IMG/VR virus record: IMGVR_UViG_3300036859_001054
Location: 1 to 50,049 of that record
Length of the DNA stretch: 50,049 nucleotides
From: a virus
Lineage: Duplodnaviria > Caudoviricetes
Strand: one strand, 5' to 3'
In this document: piece after piece, positions 44,990 through 50,049 of the stretch
How positions within the stretch are numbered: position 1 is the stretch's first letter
How the letters are laid out: every line of letters starts with the position of its first letter
Made by a program: the position numbers and the translations under genes
The notes under the pieces: model-generated
Seen by the model: only the letters and a program-made list of their open reading frames with translations
The model's database searches: none
What the model was told of the DNA's origin: nothing

Positions 44990-45147
44990 TGTTCGCCCCT
45001 CAATCCGAATGTTTGGAGCCGCGGCGCACGCGCGGCCCCCTCTCGTTTCCTTCCCCTCGCCAGAGCCCCTTCTCCGTCTCGATCACCTTCCGTCGGGCCC
45101 GCGTGGTATCGGGCCCTCAGGGGGGCGATCCAGCCCCGCACGGGTCT

Positions 45148-47427
45148 CTAGGCCGCCCGCGCCTCCTCGTGCTGCAGGCGGACGACGTTCCAGTCGGGGA
45201 ACACGGCGCCCTCGTCGACGTGGGGCGTCATGACGATCGCGGTGAAGTGGCCCGCTTCTTCCGGCGGCGCGATGGCGCGGATGCCGGCGAGGAGTTGGGG
45301 CAGGATCTCCTTCGTCTCGCCGGCCTCGACGAGCAGGACCTTGAGGATGCTCGGCCGGATCAGGACGACCGCGGCCGTCATGCCCGCGGCGAAGAGCGTC
45401 CACCCCCCGCCCGACATCGTCTGGATCGGAACCTCGTGGCCGGCAGGGGTCTTCCATCCGATCACGCACACGCCCTGCGACGCGCGGATGAACGCCCGCT
45501 CCTGCCGCCCCGCGGCCTGGAGGAACTCGTTCAAGATCCGGAGGAGCGGCCCCTCGGCGCTGGAGATCTCCCGCTCGCGCTGGCGCTGGAGTCCCCACTC
45601 GATCGCCGAGAACACGGCGTGCTCGGCCTTCGCGGTCTCTATGGAGTCGAGTACGTGGCGGATCTCGGAGTGGGTCGCCTTCGCGTGCGCGAGGGTGTTG
45701 AGCCGGGCCACGGTCTCGTCGAGCTTCTTCTTCAGGTCCTCGAACCCCGTCGCGGCCGCGGGCGGTTCCTGCGCGAGGATGTCGGCCAGGCGCTTGCCTC
45801 CGGACTGCACGGCAACGGCGGCGCGCTCGAGGACGCCTAGGGTGCGGCGGTCCTGCTCCTCGATCTCCTTGATGCGATCGACGATGCCGACCTTGTGGCC
45901 GGTGAGCTCGCGGACGCGCTGCCGCCAGCCCTCGTGCTCCGTCTCGAACTTCTGCCGGCGGTCCTCGCGGGACTTGCGCGACCGGGACTGGAGGCCGGAG
46001 ATCTCCTCGCGGATCCGCTTGGCCTTCTCGACCTTGTCGACGTTTGACTTCGAGATCTCCGCGGCGCGGGCTTTGAAGTCGACGAGCGCGGCCTTCGCAG
46101 TGGCCAGCATGTCATCGAGGTGGTCGGGCTCGTCCTTTAGCGCGGCCGCGGCGAGCTCCACCAGGCGCGCCCCGTCTGCCTTCACGCCGTCGACCTTGGA
46201 CTTCGACAGCCGCTGGCCGATCTTCTTGATCTCCGACCAGGGCGACTTCGCCAGTGCCTCGATGTGTTCCTCGAGGGAGGCGACCCGCGCTTCCTGTCCG
46301 GCGACGTCGGGGACGCCGGCGAAGGACGGGGTGAGGTCCGCGAGCTGGGCGTTCAGGTCCTGCGCCCTCTTGTCGAGCTCCTGGGCCTCGTTGTCGGACG
46401 GCTGCTGCGGCGGCGCCTGGTTGGCTTCGTCGAGCGCCCTGTTCGCGTGGGCCAGCTGCGCCTTGAGGTCCTCGAGCTGCTTGACCCGCTCCTCGACGCC
46501 GGCGCGGATCGTCTTGGCGTCCGCGAGTTGGAGCTGCGACGAGTCGAACTCTCTCTGCGCGGCCGCGCGGGCATCCTCAGCCCGCTTCGCGGCGGCGCCA
46601 CGTTCGCGTGCGGCCCCGAGGTCCTGATGGATGGTGACGCGGTCCGCCTCGAGCCGGTCGATCTCGGCCTGGCTCGGTTCGGGGATCTCGGCCGCGCGGA
46701 TCCGGAGCTCGCTCTCGGCGGCCTGCTTCTTCCGGAGTCCATCCGCCGCGCGGTTCTTCTCGTCGTTCGCCCAGGTCAGGGCCCCGATGATCCCCGTCGC
46801 GGTGATCTTGGCGAGGAGATCGTCGCCGACCTCGTCGAGGATCTTGACCTGCTTCTCCGGCGCCATTTCGAGGGCCTTGGTGTAGTCCTTGGGCATCCGA
46901 CTTTCGTCCTTCACGTCGGCCAGGCGCATGGCGATCCACCGGGCCACGGCGACGGCCAGGTCCCGCGGGGACTTCTGGCCGGCCGCGAGGAGCTGCTCGA
47001 TCCGTGCGGCCCGCTGGTTCGGTGTGGCCGCGAGGAGTTGACGGATGTCGAGGCATTCGGCGACGTCGAGCTCCTCGGCGCCGAAGAGTCCGCGGATCTC
47101 CTCCGAGGCTTCCGTCGTCGTGGTCTTGGCGCTCTTGAGCCACGAGGCCTGCGCCCCCTGGACGAACCCGCGCTCCGTGCGGTCGAGCGTCCGGAGGATG
47201 GTGCGCGACTCGTCGATCGCCAGCCGCACCGACATCGACCCGTCGCGCACGAGCGCCGCGGTGTCGGCTGGCCGCTTGCCCAGCGCCGGCACGTACCCGA
47301 TCGCGGCGAACCTCACCGCTTCGGCCGCCGTGGACTTCCCGCTTTCGTTCGGGCCCGTCAGGACGGTGAGCCGTTCCAGCTCGAGGTCGATGTCGTGGCC
47401 CTTCATTCCCTTCGTCGAAATCCGCAT
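45148..47427 (-). CDS. SMC/Rad50/SbcC-like ATPase
   Basis: GPNESGKST Walker A, long coiled coil, MSGGG signature, degenerate Walker B VLLVEAGE. Confidence 0.85.
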   Translation of the reverse strand: MRISTKGMKGHDIDLELERLTVLTGPNESGKSTAAEAVRFAAIGYVPALGKRPADTAALVRDGSMSVRLAIDESRTILRTLDRTERGFVQGAQASWLKSAKTTTTEASEEIRGLFGAEELDVAECLDIRQLLAATPNQRAARIEQLLAAGQKSPRDLAVAVARWIAMRLADVKDESRMPKDYTKALEMAPEKQVKILDEVGDDLLAKITATGIIGALTWANDEKNRAADGLRKKQAAESELRIRAAEIPEPSQAEIDRLEADRVTIHQDLGAARERGAAAKRAEDARAAAQREFDSSQLQLADAKTIRAGVEERVKQLEDLKAQLAHANRALDEANQAPPQQPSDNEAQELDKRAQDLNAQLADLTPSFAGVPDVAGQEARVASLEEHIEALAKSPWSEIKKIGQRLSKSKVDGVKADGARLVELAAAALKDEPDHLDDMLATAKAALVDFKARAAEISKSNVDKVEKAKRIREEISGLQSRSRKSREDRRQKFETEHEGWRQRVRELTGHKVGIVDRIKEIEEQDRRTLGVLERAAVAVQSGGKRLADILAQEPPAAATGFEDLKKKLDETVARLNTLAHAKATHSEIRHVLDSIETAKAEHAVFSAIEWGLQRQREREISSAEGPLLRILNEFLQAAGRQERAFIRASQGVCVIGWKTPAGHEVPIQTMSGGGWTLFAAGMTAAVVLIRPSILKVLLVEAGETKEILPQLLAGIRAIAPPEEAGHFTAIVMTPHVDEGAVFPDWNVVRLQHEEARAA

Positions 47428-47460
47428 CTGCTCCTCCATTCCGTCATGCAACCGTTCACC

Positions 47461-47487
47461 GGGAGGCCCCCGCTTCGGAGGCCCCCC
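47461..47487 (-). terminator. GC-rich hairpin between genes
   Basis: Minus strand GGGGGGCCTCC-GAAGC-GGGGGCCTCCC with two G-U pairs; no U-tract. Confidence 0.4.
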
Positions 47488-47505
47488 GCGTTTGCGGTCG
47501 GACGA

Positions 47506-48525
47506 CTACCGACCGAACAGGGTGGACCCGCCTTTGGAGGGCTTGTCCGCCCCGGGCTTGGCGGCGCCGCCGGCGGGCGGTGCCTGGCCCTTCGACTCGG
47601 CGATCTCGCGTTCCTTGATTCGAGCGATCTCCTCCGGGGTCATGGTCATGGGAGGATCCTCGCCCTCGTCGGATCCGGGCTCGCGCGTGGTCTCGGCCTT
47701 GAGCGTGCCGGCGGCCGTGGTCGCGTCGTTGACGGGACCGACCGGAGCCTTCGGTTCGGCCGGCGGGAAGAGCTCGGCGACGGTGACCTCGCCGTTCTCG
47801 AGGGCCTTCTTGTCGCCGCGGAAGTCCGCGACGTCGCGCGTGGTCCACTCGGCCATCGGCTTGCCGGCCTTGGCGACGAGCTGCTCGGCCGTCACGCCCC
47901 TCGTCTTGAAGTAGGCCTCGATCTGCGTCTTGAACTCGTCGAGCTTCTTCGGGTCAATACCCCTCTGGACCGCGTCCTTCGCCTTCTCGATTGCGCGTTC
48001 GACAAGCCAGCGCGGCACGGCGTTCACGACGACGTTTCGGATCGCCTTCGACTGGCCGATCTGGAGGGCCATGTCGAGCTTGCGGTCCGGGTCGTACTTG
48101 CCCTGGACCGCGTTCTTCCGCTGCCGGAAGACGCGCTCGGTCTGGAATCCCTTCTCGAGGTCGATGAACCTGGGCGTGATGTAGAAGGCCTCGTCCGTCT
48201 CGCTCAGCTCCACAGTGAGCGCGGCGTTCGTCCACTCCCGGGCGAGGCTGTTCGCGAGGCCGATGGACGGCCCCTCGATGCGCTGGCCTCCGGCGGACCA
48301 GTTGTAGTAGAAACTGTCCCCCGCATACTCGGCCTCGCGCTCGATCGCCTTCACGATCTTGTCGAGGTCGCGGGGCCTCTGCACCGTGATCGCCGTCACG
48401 AACGGCGTCCCAGACTTCATCAGGGACCGTCCCCGTTCGAGCAGCTCAGCGGGCACCCCGAGGGGCTCTGATCCCGGCATGGGCTCGGGTTCCCTGATTG
48501 CCGGTCCTCCGCGGTCGTTCGCCAT
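47506..48525 (-). CDS. Putative single-strand annealing / recombination protein
   Basis: YY.W...IEGPSIGLA.SLAR.W.N and SKAIRNVV motifs; directly downstream of the exonuclease. Confidence 0.65.
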   Translation of the reverse strand: MANDRGGPAIREPEPMPGSEPLGVPAELLERGRSLMKSGTPFVTAITVQRPRDLDKIVKAIEREAEYAGDSFYYNWSAGGQRIEGPSIGLANSLAREWTNAALTVELSETDEAFYITPRFIDLEKGFQTERVFRQRKNAVQGKYDPDRKLDMALQIGQSKAIRNVVVNAVPRWLVERAIEKAKDAVQRGIDPKKLDEFKTQIEAYFKTRGVTAEQLVAKAGKPMAEWTTRDVADFRGDKKALENGEVTVAELFPPAEPKAPVGPVNDATTAAGTLKAETTREPGSDEGEDPPMTMTPEEIARIKEREIAESKGQAPPAGGAAKPGADKPSKGGSTLFGR

Positions 48526-48539
48526 CGCCGTCTCCTTTC

Positions 48540-49367
48540 CTATTCCTCGCCCTTCGCCGCAGCGGCCATCCGCTGACTGTTCACGTAAGGGCATGTGTCC
48601 CAGTAGCCGCACCACTTCGGGGAGCAGATCCACGACCCGACGCCGGCGGGGGCGTAGATCCCCGCCTGGCGCGCGCGGATCATCACGTTGATCCGGTTGA
48701 AGAGGGCGCGGCGGTCCGCCTCCGTGCGGGTCGTCGAGAGGACCTGGTGCTTCGGTCCGGACTTGAGATCCACGAGCACGTCGAGGTCGATGCCGGTCGG
48801 CTTCTTCCCCGTCTTCTTCTCGTAGAGGTATTCGTAGAGGGTGAGCTGGTTCGACTCGTCCGCGTCCTTCTGGCTCTTCGAGCGGGCCGAAGTCTTGAAA
48901 TCCTTGAGGCGCCCCTGCACCGTCGAGACGTCGATCGTGCCGGCGAGGTCGACCGCGACGTTCGGCAGCTCGACGATGATCTTCTCCTCGACGAGATCCG
49001 GCTGGATGGTGGGCGCGACCTTGTCGGCGTAGAGGCCCGTGAGCGCGGTGACCGAATCGAGCGTCCGCGCGATGGTCGGCTTGAGGCCGATGCTCTGCTC
49101 GTCGGGCGTGAGGCGGAACCCCTCCTTGGACTTCTTCTCCTCGAAGCTGGCCACCGCCGCGTCGATAAGGTCCTTCTTCGGGAGGTCGACGCCGGACTTC
49201 TTCTTCTGCCGGTGGTTGACCTGGGCGGCGCCGTGGACGCCGGATCCGCGGAGCGCGGCCGTGCCCGGCAGGTCCGGCTCGCGCTCGACGTAGTGCCGGC
49301 GGTAGGCTTCCCCGCAGAGCTCGAACTTGGCGAGCTGGGACTGGTGGACTTCGATGCGGTCGGTCAT
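48540..49367 (-). CDS. Cas4/RecB-like PD-(D/E)XK exonuclease
   Basis: GSGVH, GTID, DFKT, QLTLY; 1+3 Cys arrangement (FELC...CSPKWCGYWDTC). Confidence 0.9.
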   Translation of the reverse strand: MTDRIEVHQSQLAKFELCGEAYRRHYVEREPDLPGTAALRGSGVHGAAQVNHRQKKKSGVDLPKKDLIDAAVASFEEKKSKEGFRLTPDEQSIGLKPTIARTLDSVTALTGLYADKVAPTIQPDLVEEKIIVELPNVAVDLAGTIDVSTVQGRLKDFKTSARSKSQKDADESNQLTLYEYLYEKKTGKKPTGIDLDVLVDLKSGPKHQVLSTTRTEADRRALFNRINVMIRARQAGIYAPAGVGSWICSPKWCGYWDTCPYVNSQRMAAAAKGEE

Positions 49368-49696
49368 CGGGTTTCCCTTCCTTGCTCGCGCTTGTCGCGC
49401 TCGTAGCAGGCCGCGGCCGTCTCGCAGATCCCCTCGACCATGCGGGAGGATCCGTCGTCGGTGGCCTCGACGCTGATGGTGTGGGGGGTCGGGCAGCCGA
49501 AGCAGCGGGTCTCGAGCTGGCCGACGGCGGGGACGCGCCTCGAGGAGATCGCGTTGACCAGGTCGAGCTCGATGCCCTTCTCCTGGTAGATCCCCCGCAC
49601 CGAGACCATGAGCCGCGCGTCGTGGGTCACGCAGGCGACCGACCGCGCGGACCAGTCGATCAGGACGTACTCGCGGATCTTCTCGGGGAGGGCCAT
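49364..49696 (-). CDS. Hypothetical protein
   Basis: TAATG and ATGA overlaps with neighbours. Confidence 0.65.
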   Translation of the reverse strand: MALPEKIREYVLIDWSARSVACVTHDARLMVSVRGIYQEKGIELDLVNAISSRRVPAVGQLETRCFGCPTPHTISVEATDDGSSRMVEGICETAAACYERDKREQGRETR

Positions 49697-50049
49697 TACC
49701 AATTCCCTCCCGCCGTCCCGGCTTCGCCGAACGTGCAGGGTCCGCAGAGGCCCGTCTCGGGAACGATGGGCGTGGCGCCGCAGGTCTGACACTTCCTCGT
49801 CCAGTCGGGGCGGCCCGCCGGCCCGGGGACCGGCACCGCCGGGCCCTCGGCCTTGGCAATCGCGGCATCGGCCGCGTCACATGCCCGCGACTGGTGACCC
49901 TCGGGCCGGAACATTTCGAGCATCCCCTTCAGCGCCTTCAGGAGCTCCGGCGCGACGAGGTGCGTGCGACACCAGCGGATCTCCAACGGCTCGTAGCCGC
50001 CGGCGAGGATGACGCAGCCGCAGGCGAGCCGGTGCTGATGGCCGCTCAT
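49696..50049 (-). CDS. Hypothetical phage protein with Zn ribbon
   Basis: LVAPELLKALK...AIAKA motif; CQTC...CGPC. Confidence 0.7.
   Translation of the reverse strand: MSGHQHRLACGCVILAGGYEPLEIRWCRTHLVAPELLKALKGMLEMFRPEGHQSRACDAADAAIAKAEGPAVPVPGPAGRPDWTRKCQTCGATPIVPETGLCGPCTFGEAGTAGGNW

Larger units (their letters stand above)
1..50049. mobile_element. Temperate siphovirus / prophage (ends not visible)
   Basis: Ordered terminase-portal-protease-capsid-neck-tail tube-chaperone-tape measure-fibre module, early replication/recombination genes and a tyrosine recombinase; no tail sheath seen. Confidence 0.95.

Noticed and set aside
48540-49367. Cas4-like gene as evidence of CRISPR-Cas
   Set aside because: No repeat-spacer array or other cas genes seen; the context is a phage exonuclease-annealase pair

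Overview
A near-complete, high-GC (roughly 70% by eye) temperate siphovirus or prophage. The window starts at the first codon of a XerC/D-like recombinase and ends at the start codon of an early gene; no repressor or att site is visible. The host may be Planctomycetota, inferred weakly from the FliA-like sigma sequence. Layout from the left: recombinase plus cargo island (1-5.7 kb), tail genes (5.7-23 kb, minus), Mu-like head, portal and terminase (23-33 kb), then early genes (33-50 kb: ParB-MTase, replication initiator with iterons, RuvC, sigma factor, ParB, HerA-like ATPase, SMC/Rad50-like ATPase, annealing protein, Cas4-like nuclease). The best candidate for an undescribed system is non-coding, at 4333-4521. 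It is a tRNA with serine identity elements but a leucine (UAG) anticodon, next to a convergent ~53-nt sRNA that has its own promoter and terminator. The two single-stranded parts of the sRNA are complementary to the tRNA D-arm and variable-arm loop, which suggests a mistranslating-tRNA toxin / anti-tRNA antitoxin pair. Also notable: a prfB-like +1 frameshift cassette that could fuse a Zn-finger protein to the sigma factor, a twice-repeated 16-bp parS-like palindrome, and an HTH inserted inside the recombinase. All calls come from motif recognition by eye; no searches were run.
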